From contig JAJVIP010000017.1 of the NCBI GenBank assembly GCA_022072025.1, positions 53,462 through 117,461 on the forward strand: DNA of 64,000 nt, in the 5' to 3' direction. The position numbers were made by a program, and so were the translations under genes. The notes under the pieces are model-generated. The model searched no databases. It was not told where the DNA came from and saw nothing but the letters and a program-made list of their open reading frames with translations. Below, piece after piece: positions 1 through 8,842 of this stretch (position 1 is the first letter of the stretch; the number at the start of each line of letters is the position of its first letter). The stretch comes from Elusimicrobiota bacterium. Its GTDB lineage: Bacteria > Elusimicrobiota > Elusimicrobia > F11.

Positions 1-1
1 A

Positions 2-442
2 ATTGTTAGAAGATCCATCAAGGATTTTAAGGTTAACCTGGATAACCGGGGTATCAACGTGGCCATTGATATAAAATTTCCGAGCGACGTCACACTTCCC
101 GGGCATCGGGGGGATCTGGGAACTGTTTTCGATGGGTTGATCAGCAATTCATTGCGTTACGTCGAAACGGGCGGACATATTTCAATTGGTGGGCAGAGTT
201 TAAGCGGCATGTTTCGAATTATCTATGAAAACGATGGGCCTGGAATCAGTCCTGAAAATTTGGAGCGTATTTTTTTGGAGGGTGTCCAACTTGACAGTAA
301 GGAATCCGGAATGATGGGATTTGGATTGGCAAACTCCAGGAGAATTATGGATTTGCATCGCGGTAAAATTTGGGCTGAAAGTGTTGGCAAAGATAAGGGG
401 GTACGCTTTGTACTCGAATTGCCTGTCAAAGCCACAAATTAG
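2..442 (+). CDS. Sensor histidine kinase, C-terminal HATPase_c portion; the 5' end lies beyond the window edge
   Basis: The frame is open from position 2. An N-box-like GTVFDGLISNSLRY and a G-box-like GFGLANSRRIMDLHRGKIW are present. A receiver-domain gene follows 27 nt downstream. Confidence 0.7.
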   Translation: MVRRSIKDFKVNLDNRGINVAIDIKFPSDVTLPGHRGDLGTVFDGLISNSLRYVETGGHISIGGQSLSGMFRIIYENDGPGISPENLERIFLEGVQLDSKESGMMGFGLANSRRIMDLHRGKIWAESVGKDKGVRFVLELPVKATN

Positions 443-468
443 GTTCTAAAGGGAATGGAGGTGATGGT

Positions 469-966
469 ATGAGTCCAATGACGTTCAAGGTGTCGATTGT
501 TGAAGATGACCCTGATGTGGCGGATATTCTGGCCTTGTCATTTCAATCGGTTGGTTTTGAGACCCAAGTGATAAACAATGGCAAGGACGCTGTAGCCAAG
601 ATGAAAGAATTCGAACCGCAAGTCGTAATTATGGATCTGGAATTGGGTGACGGTCCCAATGGAACACAGGTATTGCAACAGATGTCATTCGATTCTCATT
701 TGAAGCATGTGATCGTTGTGGCAAACACAATTCACATGGATTCAAATGATAATTTGGGCGCTTCTTATTGGTATTACTATCAACAAACTCGGCGCGAAGA
801 TCCAGTGATGATCAATAAATCGATGACTGATTCGGAAAAAGTAGACATCAGAATCATTGTTGGGGAGTTGATAAGTCAAAAATACGGTGGAGTTCCCAAA
901 CCCCTCTATGATTGGTTGATGAAACAAAATAAAGGGCCCGCAGTTCAGAAATGGAGTCTAATATGA
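469..966 (+). CDS. Response regulator with a receiver (CheY-like) domain and an uncharacterised C-terminal extension of about 50 aa
   Basis: VSIVEDDPDVADIL...VVIMDLELGDG carries the phospho-acceptor Asp context. A Shine-Dalgarno-like GGAGGTG precedes the ATG. The gene pairs with the upstream kinase. Confidence 0.7.
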   Translation: MSPMTFKVSIVEDDPDVADILALSFQSVGFETQVINNGKDAVAKMKEFEPQVVIMDLELGDGPNGTQVLQQMSFDSHLKHVIVVANTIHMDSNDNLGASYWYYYQQTRREDPVMINKSMTDSEKVDIRIIVGELISQKYGGVPKPLYDWLMKQNKGPAVQKWSLI

Positions 967-1069
967 GCGAAATGACATAAGGAGGAGAATCGGCGATAAT
1001 CCCCTGAAATACCCCCCCCAAATCAGCGCGTTTTCGCGCCTCCCCGCTTCACCTCTGCTTCATCCCACA

Positions 1070-1107
1070 TGTTCCGGAACATGTTCCTGTTCTGGTGTTC
1101 TGGAACA
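1070..1107. promoter_or_regulatory. Array of TGTTC/GAACA half-sites (candidate operator): a perfect palindrome TGTTCCGGAACA followed by TGTTCC, TGTTCTGG and TGTTCTGGAACA
   Basis: Read directly in the 206-bp intergenic region upstream of the 1172 CDS. Confidence 0.4.
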
Positions 1108-1171
1108 CACAAAAAATCCTTACAAAAAATTTACGTTCCCTTTACACGAAATTGATGTTCTATCGTCGATA

Positions 1172-1726
1172 ATGTTGGCCGTTATGAAAACATTTCGATC
1201 TCATTTCAGCCAAATTACCGTCGGAAGCACGTTGTTGGTCAGTGTTCTTACGTTGTGTATTTGGGCCCGCGCGCATTTAACCGGGGTGGGGGGGCCTGCG
1301 GCAATAAATTCACCCTCCATTGACATTGACGTCAGCGCCCCGTCTCCAGCCATTGTCCGTTTTTCAGCTTCCGCCGAACCTGCTGATTTTATTTCGCTCT
1401 TTCATTCGCCAGCCACCATTTACGCTCACATCGATTTTGGAACAACGCTCAAAGGAGAACATCTGCTGGAGGGACGTTGGATCACGCCCCAAGGCCGCCC
1501 GCAGGAATACACGCGCGTGCCGATTCAATTGGGTGGGTTGGGCGGTCGGGCGGCGTATTTCTGGATTCGCTTTAATAACGAACCCACCATCGGCCAGGGA
1601 TTCTCCGCGCTTGAAAGCAAGGACTCTGCGAATGATTTTAACGGGGACTGGACACTCGAAACATCCCTGGACGGTCGATTGATCAACCGGTCCACGTTCA
1701 GGGTATCTGGAATTTCTCCCGCATGA
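1172..1726 (+). CDS. Hypothetical protein with an N-terminal hydrophobic segment (signal peptide or TM)
   Basis: 184-aa ORF with hydrophobic LLVSVLTLCIWA near the N-terminus. No recognisable domain. Confidence 0.35.
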   Translation: MLAVMKTFRSHFSQITVGSTLLVSVLTLCIWARAHLTGVGGPAAINSPSIDIDVSAPSPAIVRFSASAEPADFISLFHSPATIYAHIDFGTTLKGEHLLEGRWITPQGRPQEYTRVPIQLGGLGGRAAYFWIRFNNEPTIGQGFSALESKDSANDFNGDWTLETSLDGRLINRSTFRVSGISPA

Positions 1727-1762
1727 CCAATTTATGATGAATGTCTTAACCAGGAGATTAAA

Positions 1763-2965
1763 ATGAATACGACACGCACATCCGCCATCCACGCGCTCAT
1801 GCTTCTCACCCTACTGACATTGGGCGCCGGTCAAATCGGCTGCAAGAAAAAATCAAGCAACAACACCAGCTCGGGCGGGGGAACGCACCCATCACAGCAG
1901 AATCCTTACACCGGAAATCCGGGCAACTTGGCGGGAAGTTGGACGGGAAAGAACTCTTCAGGCGGCGATTTTCGATTTACAGTGAATAACGGCTTCATTG
2001 ACGGGTTTTCTAACTCATGGCTCAACTCTGCTGCCGCCCAAAACATGAACACCAGCTTCACAGCGCAGAGTTATAAATTAGGTATCCCGATCGATCCGAG
2101 CACAGGGAAATTTGATGGATATCTCGAATCGGTTCACCTTAAGGGAACATTTCTATCTGATGATTCAGCTTCAGGCGCGATAAGCGCCGTGGATTCGAGT
2201 TCAAATCTGCCCGAACTAAGTTGGACTGCAAAGCTGACCTCGGGCCGCCCAGATAACTATAAAGTGAGAATTGACATCTCTAAATTAGGTTCCATGGGTG
2301 TCATCGATACAAATACAGGCATTCGTATTTGTGAGGAAAATGAGTATCGATGCAACGCTGATTTTTCTCCCGGAGCTCAGCTGACGTTAACAGCATCGAC
2401 GCTCAGTCCCCTGTATACATTCACTGGTTGGGGTTCCAATAACGCATGTTCATCATTCGGAACATCAAGCTGCCAGCTCACATTGAATTCCAGTATTGAC
2501 TTTTCGTTATACGGTTCGTTCAACGAAATAAATGTTGACGGTACCTACACGGGCACAACAGAACAAGGCAAGGCAGTGACACTAACCATTGTTAACAACG
2601 TCGTCACCATTACGAGTCAAGTCAAGATGGGCTCTTCCAATTGTGTGTTCAATGTTGCTGAAACAGATGACTACGATCTTTTCTATGTAAGTGATAAGAA
2701 AGCTTTACTTTTTTATATGAACAAAACACCACAGCTTACCGCGTGGGGGTTCTACACCTCGCCAACCGCAATCAGCGGAACCATATTTTTTGATTCAAAC
2801 AAAGTCGCAGGTACAGCTTCTGGATGTCTCGGAAGCGGCTATATTGACTATTCGATCGGAGGAAGTGCATCTGCGGCGGCCATGTCCACTATGTCAATGC
2901 ATAATCATGAAGCGGATATCTCACGGTTGGCACAGCTTGATAGAGCAGCGCGCAGCAGAAGGTAA
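1763..2965 (+). CDS. Lipoprotein with divergent InlB B-repeat-like domains
   Basis: Shine-Dalgarno AGGAG is 8 nt upstream. Lipobox LTLGAGQIGC is present. Repeated G-I-x-C...C...F-T-G-W motifs resemble InlB B-repeats. Confidence 0.6.
   Translation: MNTTRTSAIHALMLLTLLTLGAGQIGCKKKSSNNTSSGGGTHPSQQNPYTGNPGNLAGSWTGKNSSGGDFRFTVNNGFIDGFSNSWLNSAAAQNMNTSFTAQSYKLGIPIDPSTGKFDGYLESVHLKGTFLSDDSASGAISAVDSSSNLPELSWTAKLTSGRPDNYKVRIDISKLGSMGVIDTNTGIRICEENEYRCNADFSPGAQLTLTASTLSPLYTFTGWGSNNACSSFGTSSCQLTLNSSIDFSLYGSFNEINVDGTYTGTTEQGKAVTLTIVNNVVTITSQVKMGSSNCVFNVAETDDYDLFYVSDKKALLFYMNKTPQLTAWGFYTSPTAISGTIFFDSNKVAGTASGCLGSGYIDYSIGGSASAAAMSTMSMHNHEADISRLAQLDRAARSRR
1778..1881 (+). repeat. Copy 1 of a 104-bp direct repeat encoding the shared signal peptide/lipobox of two lipoprotein genes
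   Basis: About 97% identical to 3107..3210, with 3 mismatches. Confidence 0.85.
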
Positions 2966-3106
2966 ATAAACCGGGATAACCCGCAGATTACGGCCAGCGA
3001 GCGCGAACTCCCAAGAAACACTTAAACAACGTGCTTGATCGCTTTTATCAGCCCGATCAAGGAAGCGTCATCGGGCTGACCATCGCCATAACCTGGGGCG
3101 ACCCGT

Positions 3107-3210
3107 ACATCCGCCATCCACATGCGCATGCTTCTCACCCTACTGACATTGGGCGCCGGTCAAATCGGCTGCAAGAAAAAATCAAGCAACAACACCAGCT
3201 CGGGCGGGGG
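3107..3210 (+). repeat. Copy 2 of the 104-bp lipoprotein 5' cassette
   Basis: About 97% identical to 1778..1881. The in-frame TRTSAIH remnant upstream of the ATG shows the duplication extends beyond the new start. Confidence 0.85.
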
Positions 3211-3859
3211 TGTGCCTGTAGAGCCAGCCCCAATCAATCCCAACCCAACCGCGCCCCAACAAACATTGACTGTCACAAAAAGCGGAAATGGAACGGGCAC
3301 AGTGACATCAAACCCGGCGGGTATCGATTGCGGGGGAGACTGTTCGGAAAATTACAATTACAACTCCGTGGTGACATTGGCGCAAGCCCAGCAAACCGGA
3401 TATTTCACAGGTTGGTCTGGCGCCTGCAGCGGCGATAAGCAGTGCAGCGTCACCATGAGTGAGGTTAAGAATGTCGGAGCAGCATTTGAAAATGTCAGCG
3501 TCAATGGGGATTATTGTCAATCTAGCGCGGGCTTGATCTTTTGTTTTTTTGTCCGATCCAATGCCGTGGTTCAAGTGGCCATGGGGCCGAACTCATCCAA
3601 TATATGCCGTTTATATTTCTACTCTGGAAATACGATCACCAATCGATCGTTTAATGTTGATACAGGAACCGTCAAATTTTCAGGAGATTTCTTGTCGGCA
3701 TATCGAGTCGCTGGACATTTCAACGGGAATTGTTCTTTGCTCTCAACCAATTCTTTTGATTTTGAGACCACTCGACCAACAGGAAGTGTTTCAGGCGCGT
3801 CAGCCATGAGCGAGCGGTCTATGTTTGAAGCGATACCCTACGACCCCGAAGCGAAATAG
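3122..3859 (+). CDS. Lipoprotein paralogue with an InlB B-repeat-like domain
   Basis: The first 30 aa are identical to the N-terminus of the 1763 gene. TKSGNGTGTVTSNPAGIDCGGDC...FTGWSGAC matches the InlB B-repeat pattern. Confidence 0.6.
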   Translation: MRMLLTLLTLGAGQIGCKKKSSNNTSSGGGVPVEPAPINPNPTAPQQTLTVTKSGNGTGTVTSNPAGIDCGGDCSENYNYNSVVTLAQAQQTGYFTGWSGACSGDKQCSVTMSEVKNVGAAFENVSVNGDYCQSSAGLIFCFFVRSNAVVQVAMGPNSSNICRLYFYSGNTITNRSFNVDTGTVKFSGDFLSAYRVAGHFNGNCSLLSTNSFDFETTRPTGSVSGASAMSERSMFEAIPYDPEAK

Positions 3860-3866
3860 CGGTTAA

Positions 3867-4077
3867 CCGGAATGATTCAGTTGAATCGTCGCCCCGGCAT
3901 GTTTGCTGGGCGTACCGATACATTGATTTTTATAATGCCGGTACCTACCGACCAAGATCATTATGGAACGGTACAGTCCAGAACAATAAATTATCATTGA
4001 GCTGGACGGCCAAAAGATTGCCGGGGCGACAGCGTCTCGTGCAGTACTTTAGGTGCGATTCAACTGAATCATTCCGG
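3867..4077. mobile_element. MITE-like intergenic repeat, copy A (about 211 bp), with 22-bp perfect terminal inverted repeats CCGGAATGATTCAGTTGAATCG
   Basis: TIRs sit at 3867-3888 and 4056-4077. The internal core GGCCAAAAGATTGCCGGGGCGACAG...GTGCAGTACTTTAGGT is shared with copy B. There is no coding capacity. Confidence 0.6.
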
Positions 4078-4100
4078 CTGATTTATTGTAAGTTCAGAAA

Positions 4101-5183
4101 ATGCCTGCTCCCTTAAAAAACCAACTCAACGAAGCCTTTGTGGATCGACTGGCCGGTTTGGTGTCGAAGGCGTCACCCCGGTTTTCGCCCACCGATTTCA
4201 AAAAAAGTTTATTGGGAGAGAAATGGCGCCGGTTGGAATTGAAGGAACGGGTGCGTGCCCTCTCGACTGCGCTGCACAATCACTTGAATGGATCCTATAA
4301 ACAGAAAATTTCCGTTTTGAAAAAAGTGGCCCCGCACATTTCCGGTCTGGGTGCCATGGTGTTTCCGGATTTTGTGGAAGTGTACGGCCGACATGATTTC
4401 CCTTTGTCCGTTCAAGCTATCAAGTTTTTTACTCCTTTCTTTAGTTCTGAATTCGCCGTCCGGCCTTTTATTCAGCGAGATCAGAAGAAAATGATGCGAA
4501 TCCTCCTCCAATGGTCGAAGGATAAAGACCCGCATGTGCGGAGGTTAGCGTCGGAAGGGTGCCGCCCCAGACTTCCCTGGGGGCTCAGGCTCAACGGTCT
4601 CATCGAGGATCCGTCTCCCATCCTGCCAATCCTTAAAAATTTAAAAGCGGACCCTTCACTCTACGTCCGGAAAAGCGTGGCCAACAATTTGAATGACCTA
4701 TCGAAAGACCATCCAAATCTGGTTATCTCCTTGGCTCGAGACTGGAAGGGAAAAAACATCCACACGGACTGGGTGCTCAAACAGGGGCTTCGAACGCTTT
4801 TAAAAAAAGGGCATTCCGTGGTTTTCGCCTTGTTTGATATGGAAGCGGCGGAAGACGTGGCAGTTCGGGGCTTACGGCTGAAACAATCCTCGTACGACAT
4901 CGGGGCAAGGCTGGAGTTTTCCTTTTCGCTTCTTAAGGAAGGAAAAGAAACCAAAAAACTCCGAGTGGATTACCTTATTCACTACCTCAAAAAAAACGGA
5001 ACCGCGCATAAAAAAGTTTTCAAATTAACCGAACGGTTGTTCGCTCCGGGACGACACCCGCTCTCTCGCCGACATTCGCTCAAACAAATGACCACGCGCA
5101 CCCATTACCCCGGCCAACATCAATTGGAGATCGCTGTGAACGGAGTGGTGAAAGCGAGCGCTTTCTTTCATTTAAATCCGTAA
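4101..5183 (+). CDS. DNA alkylation repair protein, HEAT-like repeat family (AlkD/YhaZ-like)
   Basis: 360 aa. The motif RRLASEGCRPRLPWG and overall length recall YhaZ-type DNA alkylation repair proteins. This is motif-level recall only. Confidence 0.45.
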   Translation: MPAPLKNQLNEAFVDRLAGLVSKASPRFSPTDFKKSLLGEKWRRLELKERVRALSTALHNHLNGSYKQKISVLKKVAPHISGLGAMVFPDFVEVYGRHDFPLSVQAIKFFTPFFSSEFAVRPFIQRDQKKMMRILLQWSKDKDPHVRRLASEGCRPRLPWGLRLNGLIEDPSPILPILKNLKADPSLYVRKSVANNLNDLSKDHPNLVISLARDWKGKNIHTDWVLKQGLRTLLKKGHSVVFALFDMEAAEDVAVRGLRLKQSSYDIGARLEFSFSLLKEGKETKKLRVDYLIHYLKKNGTAHKKVFKLTERLFAPGRHPLSRRHSLKQMTTRTHYPGQHQLEIAVNGVVKASAFFHLNP

Positions 5184-5227
5184 AGACCCTCGCCACTTGA
5201 GCCGCCGATTATTTTTGGCGACACATC

Positions 5228-5950
5228 TTATTGATATCGGCGACGGAAATGGTTGAGGCGGATTCTGACCAGATCCAAGAACATGCGGGTGGAATCTCTA
5301 AAAAAACGAACGCGGGTGAAGGGGGAATCAATCCAAGTGACGGGGGCTTCGATAATTCGAAATCCTTTTAATTGGGCGATAAACAAGACCTCGACATCGA
5401 ACCCAAACCGGGAAATGGTTTGCCTGGAAAAAATTTCTTGAGCGGCCTGAGCGGTAAAAAGTTTAAAACCGCATTGGGTATCGATAAATCCACGCAGCGT
5501 TAGGCACCGCACCAACACACTAAAGATCCGCCCCGCCGCCTCTCGAAAAAAAGGCTGACGTTTTTCAATGCGGCAACCTTTCACTCGGCGAGATCCAATC
5601 ACCACATCCGCCCTGTAGGAGAGGAATTTTTCAAGTTCTTCAATGGGGGTTGACAAATCGGCGTCGGAAAAGAGTCGGTGGTCGCCTCTCGCCACCAACA
5701 TTCCTTTTTTGACCGCCGCCCCTTTCCCCAGGTTTTCAGGTTGCATGATCAAGCGAAAACGGGGATGTTTTTGGGCAAAGGTTTGCACGATTTTGGGGGT
5801 GTGATCGCTGGAGCCATCATCCACCACGATAACCTCCGATGAATAGGACTGTTGGTTTAAATATTGGGCTATTTTCTCTAAGGTGGGCAAAATTCGCTTT
5901 TCTTCATTCAGCGCGGGAATTATGATTGAAATGAGCACCGGTCTCTCCAA
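5228..5950 (-). CDS. Family 2 glycosyltransferase (dolichyl-phosphate mannosyl/glucosyltransferase-like)
   Basis: IIIPALNEE...VIVVDDGSSDHT...DADL carries the GT2 DxD signatures. Confidence 0.8.
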   Translation of the reverse strand: MERPVLISIIIPALNEEKRILPTLEKIAQYLNQQSYSSEVIVVDDGSSDHTPKIVQTFAQKHPRFRLIMQPENLGKGAAVKKGMLVARGDHRLFSDADLSTPIEELEKFLSYRADVVIGSRRVKGCRIEKRQPFFREAAGRIFSVLVRCLTLRGFIDTQCGFKLFTAQAAQEIFSRQTISRFGFDVEVLFIAQLKGFRIIEAPVTWIDSPFTRVRFFRDSTRMFLDLVRIRLNHFRRRYQ

Positions 5951-5993
5951 TTTGGATCTTGCATGAGGGAAGCTTACCCCTTAAACTACTTTC

Positions 5994-6419
5994 ATGACAG
6001 GCTCGGATCTAAATACAAATAAAACTGTGCTTGTTGTAGACGATGACGAATCGGTTCTTTCCTTTCTGGCATTCTCTTTAAAAAATGATGGCTTTTCCGT
6101 CTTAGAAGCACGCGACGCCGAACGCGGTTTGAAGCTGCTCAAAACCCAAAAACCTGACATTATTCTTCTCGACATCATGCTTCCCAAAATGGATGGGTTT
6201 AAAATGTGCAAAACTCTCCGACAGATCCCCGGCATGGTAACCACTCCCGTTTTATTCATCACCGCCTATGCCGACCCCACCAGCTTGGACAAAACTCAAG
6301 CCGCCGGAGCCCAAGGGCTCATAGAAAAGCCCATCATGTACAGCGAACTTTTGGTCCAATTATTGGACGCCCTGGAAGGACGGTTCGCGCTTCCAACCCG
6401 CCTCCGCTTCGCCGCTTAA
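5994..6419 (+). CDS. Single-domain response regulator (CheY-like receiver)
   Basis: VLVVDDDESV...IILLDIMLPKMDG...LFITA covers the full receiver motif set. No output domain. Confidence 0.8.
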   Translation: MTGSDLNTNKTVLVVDDDESVLSFLAFSLKNDGFSVLEARDAERGLKLLKTQKPDIILLDIMLPKMDGFKMCKTLRQIPGMVTTPVLFITAYADPTSLDKTQAAGAQGLIEKPIMYSELLVQLLDALEGRFALPTRLRFAA

Positions 6420-6478
6420 ACCTCACTCGACACAATCGCTCCTCTCCCAAAATTCCTCAGATATGCTAATTAAGCCCC

Positions 6479-6856
6479 ATGCCTCTCGACAAATCACATA
6501 CCTATGTCTTCCGAATGGGATCGGATAACCAAATACGGCTTTTTTGGGACGGCTCATTTTGGCAATATGAATTCCTGGCGGGGGGAGTTCTCTTTGATCA
6601 ATTGACCTGCCATGACGAAAACGAACTTGAAGGAGCGGTGACGGTCCACGGTCTCACTCTTGAAAAATTTTCAATTGATCATGACCAAGCCAGCGCAGAG
6701 TACAGTGAAAAAATTAAAACCAAATTGGCCCAATTAACTGCGAATAACATTCACCCCTGTCCCAAACATGGGCTTATTTCAAAAAACAGCGATGGCAGTT
6801 GCGAGGCTTGCCTCAACATTGATTATCCCGATGATCACAAAGGAACAGAAGGCTGA
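6479..6856 (+). CDS. Hypothetical protein with a C-terminal Cys-rich segment (CPKHG...CEAC)
   Basis: 125-aa ORF. No recognised domain. Confidence 0.3.
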   Translation: MPLDKSHTYVFRMGSDNQIRLFWDGSFWQYEFLAGGVLFDQLTCHDENELEGAVTVHGLTLEKFSIDHDQASAEYSEKIKTKLAQLTANNIHPCPKHGLISKNSDGSCEACLNIDYPDDHKGTEG

Positions 6857-6859
6857 AGG

Positions 6860-7723
6860 ATGAAAAGAGTTCTTTTCATTTTGGCCGTCGCAATTCTGGT
6901 TATCAAAGAAACCGCGCAGGCGCGGCCCTTGCTTGTCGAAGAAGTCTCGACTGTTGGGAAAAAATCATTTGAAACCACCATCTCATTCTCACATCGGATC
7001 GATCAATTCAACACCGCCCCTCAGGTGACCTATGAAACATTTCAACTGCCCCTCACGTTGCGCCTGGGTCTTTCAAAATCTTCTGAATTTGGTTTCGATT
7101 TCCAATACATTCACCAAAAACTGAAACAAGGATCTGCAGAATATTCAGGGAGCATCAATGGCCGATTTTCACCTTTCGTTAAAATTGCTCCTTGGAAATT
7201 ATTGGCTTTAAAATTTCTTTATCATCCCAGCACTCCGGAAGAAACCGAACAGGAACTTCAAGTGGCGACCGGCGAGGATTTTGAAGCCATCGCGTTATTC
7301 CAAATCCCCACGAAGTGGCCATTAACGTTCAATATTGGGTATTTAACTCGAGGAAGGTACAACACCAAATTCGGAGTTCAAAACGGGCCCATCTATGGCG
7401 TGGATCCCGGGAATATTTTTGAGTCCAAACTGAGCCTCGAAGTTCCGCTCAAATTTAACCTGTCTTTGTTAACCGAAACCGCTTATTACAACAGCCAAGA
7501 TACCTATATTTCAAACCAGCAGGTTCCCAGTTCAGCGGCTGAAGCGATGGACGTTTTGCTGGGACTCAATTGGGCCTACAAGGGATGGAATATTGGATCG
7601 GGTGTGGCCTGGGGCTTGTTGGAAGAGAAATACACCAGCTTTAATTTGGAAAGGGGGGCGGGCGATGTCATGTATAAACTGAATATTGGCTACAAATTAT
7701 CCCCCAGGAACCCAACGAAATGA
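6860..7723 (+). CDS. Hypothetical secreted protein, possibly an outer-membrane beta-barrel
   Basis: Signal peptide MKRVLFILAVAILVIKETAQA. Alternating hydrophobic pattern. Confidence 0.4.
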   Translation: MKRVLFILAVAILVIKETAQARPLLVEEVSTVGKKSFETTISFSHRIDQFNTAPQVTYETFQLPLTLRLGLSKSSEFGFDFQYIHQKLKQGSAEYSGSINGRFSPFVKIAPWKLLALKFLYHPSTPEETEQELQVATGEDFEAIALFQIPTKWPLTFNIGYLTRGRYNTKFGVQNGPIYGVDPGNIFESKLSLEVPLKFNLSLLTETAYYNSQDTYISNQQVPSSAAEAMDVLLGLNWAYKGWNIGSGVAWGLLEEKYTSFNLERGAGDVMYKLNIGYKLSPRNPTK

Positions 7724-8493
7724 CTTTCAACAATCTCGCAAGGAATGGATTTTTTCTGGCGCTATTGGGTGGAGGTCTCCTCTCCTGCCAAAAAAAGGAC
7801 GAACCCAATAAAATTTTGGACCCTCTGCCCCTTAATTCAACTCAAACTTGCGTGCCCGGACAATTGGGGCAAGCTTGGTTTGTCATGAAACGAGATTGTT
7901 TAAAGGTTTTGATTCCGGTCATCAATCTAACCACCATCCCCAATTCCAGTTTTCCACAGGTCTCCGGCCCTGATGCAATGTCTCAATACACCTTTCAAAC
8001 CTCTGGCGATCGATATGGGACAGCGACCTATACCATTCGCTTCTATAATGAGAGCGGCGTTGTAATTGACCCTATTTTGACCAATACCTCCACTTCCACA
8101 CTCAAAAGTATAACTGTTCAAGTTGTTGGGGGGTCTTCAAAAGTCACCTACACCGAAGCTCTGACCTTGACGTTCGAAACAGCGGGTTTGCTCAGTTCCC
8201 ATTTACGGTTAACAGGAACTTCTTCGATCAGTGACAATCCAGTCACGAACACCCTTAACTTTACATTCTCCTTACCGGGCCCCAGAGTCGCCTTTGAAGG
8301 CTTAATTGACGGGGAGGTAACTGCAACTGGAACGGGGCCCAACTCACAAACCACCGCACTAAACCTCACTTTTTACGCGGATCATACCGCCAATGGAAGC
8401 ATTGCCTGGGAAGATTTAAGTGGGGGAATTCACTATCAAGACAATGGCGTGGGATATGTCGTCACCAATCTCTTTAGGCTTTTACTGGAATAA
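7720..8493 (+). CDS. Hypothetical lipoprotein
   Basis: Lipobox LLSC near the N-terminus. Start overlaps the upstream stop (ATGA). Thr/Ser-rich. Confidence 0.4.
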   Translation: MTFNNLARNGFFLALLGGGLLSCQKKDEPNKILDPLPLNSTQTCVPGQLGQAWFVMKRDCLKVLIPVINLTTIPNSSFPQVSGPDAMSQYTFQTSGDRYGTATYTIRFYNESGVVIDPILTNTSTSTLKSITVQVVGGSSKVTYTEALTLTFETAGLLSSHLRLTGTSSISDNPVTNTLNFTFSLPGPRVAFEGLIDGEVTATGTGPNSQTTALNLTFYADHTANGSIAWEDLSGGIHYQDNGVGYVVTNLFRLLLE

Positions 8494-8500
8494 TTAACCT

Positions 8501-8686
8501 GAATAATTCGGTTGAACAGCCATTACCGTCTATCAACAATGAATATTTTAGTGCCGTCATCCCGGCATGCTTTCTGGCCGGGATCCAGGTTTTCTTCATG
8601 GGGAAAACCTGGGCCCCGGCCAAAAGATTGCCGGGGCGACAGTGTCTTGTGCAGTACTTTTAGGTACGCTTCAACTGAATTATTTG
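8501..8686. mobile_element. MITE-like intergenic repeat, copy B (about 186 bp), with imperfect TIRs GAATAATTCGGTTGAAC / GCTTCAACTGAATTATT
   Basis: Shares the 70-bp core GGCCAAAAGATTGCCGGGGCGACAG(T/C)GTCT(T/C)GTGCAGTACTTT(T)AGGT with copy A. Contains a CCCCGGC-N9-GCCGGGG hairpin. Confidence 0.6.
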
Positions 8687-8709
8687 AGTTAACCTTCCTG
8701 GTCTTCTTT

Positions 8710-8738
8710 TGTGGATACTGTGGATAACTCTGTGGAGA
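8710..8738 (+). promoter_or_regulatory. Three direct repeats TGTGGATA / TGTGGATA / TGTGGAGA, directly followed 4 bp downstream by a sigma70-like -35 TTGACG, upstream of the cyclase gene
   Basis: Read directly. Spacing between repeats is 9 and 12 bp. A candidate transcription-factor binding array. Confidence 0.35.
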
Positions 8739-8842
8739 AAGGTCTTGACGGGTTTCCCTATGAAAGGTATGAATTGATGTTCCATTTTTATTTTAGCGTT
8801 TGAATTGGTGACAACTTAACCCTCAGACAGGAGACCCCCTCC

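Noticed and set aside
3031-3438. 135-aa ORF overlapping the start of the second lipoprotein gene in another frame
   Set aside because: It is out of frame with the clearly supported lipoprotein CDS and Arg/His-rich, typical of a spurious ORF in moderately GC-rich DNA.
8512-8727. 71-aa ORF inside MITE copy B, plus other short ORFs overlapping the repeats (4094-4279 minus strand, 3895-4100)
   Set aside because: They lie entirely within repeated non-coding elements, have no RBS and are not conserved between the two copies.
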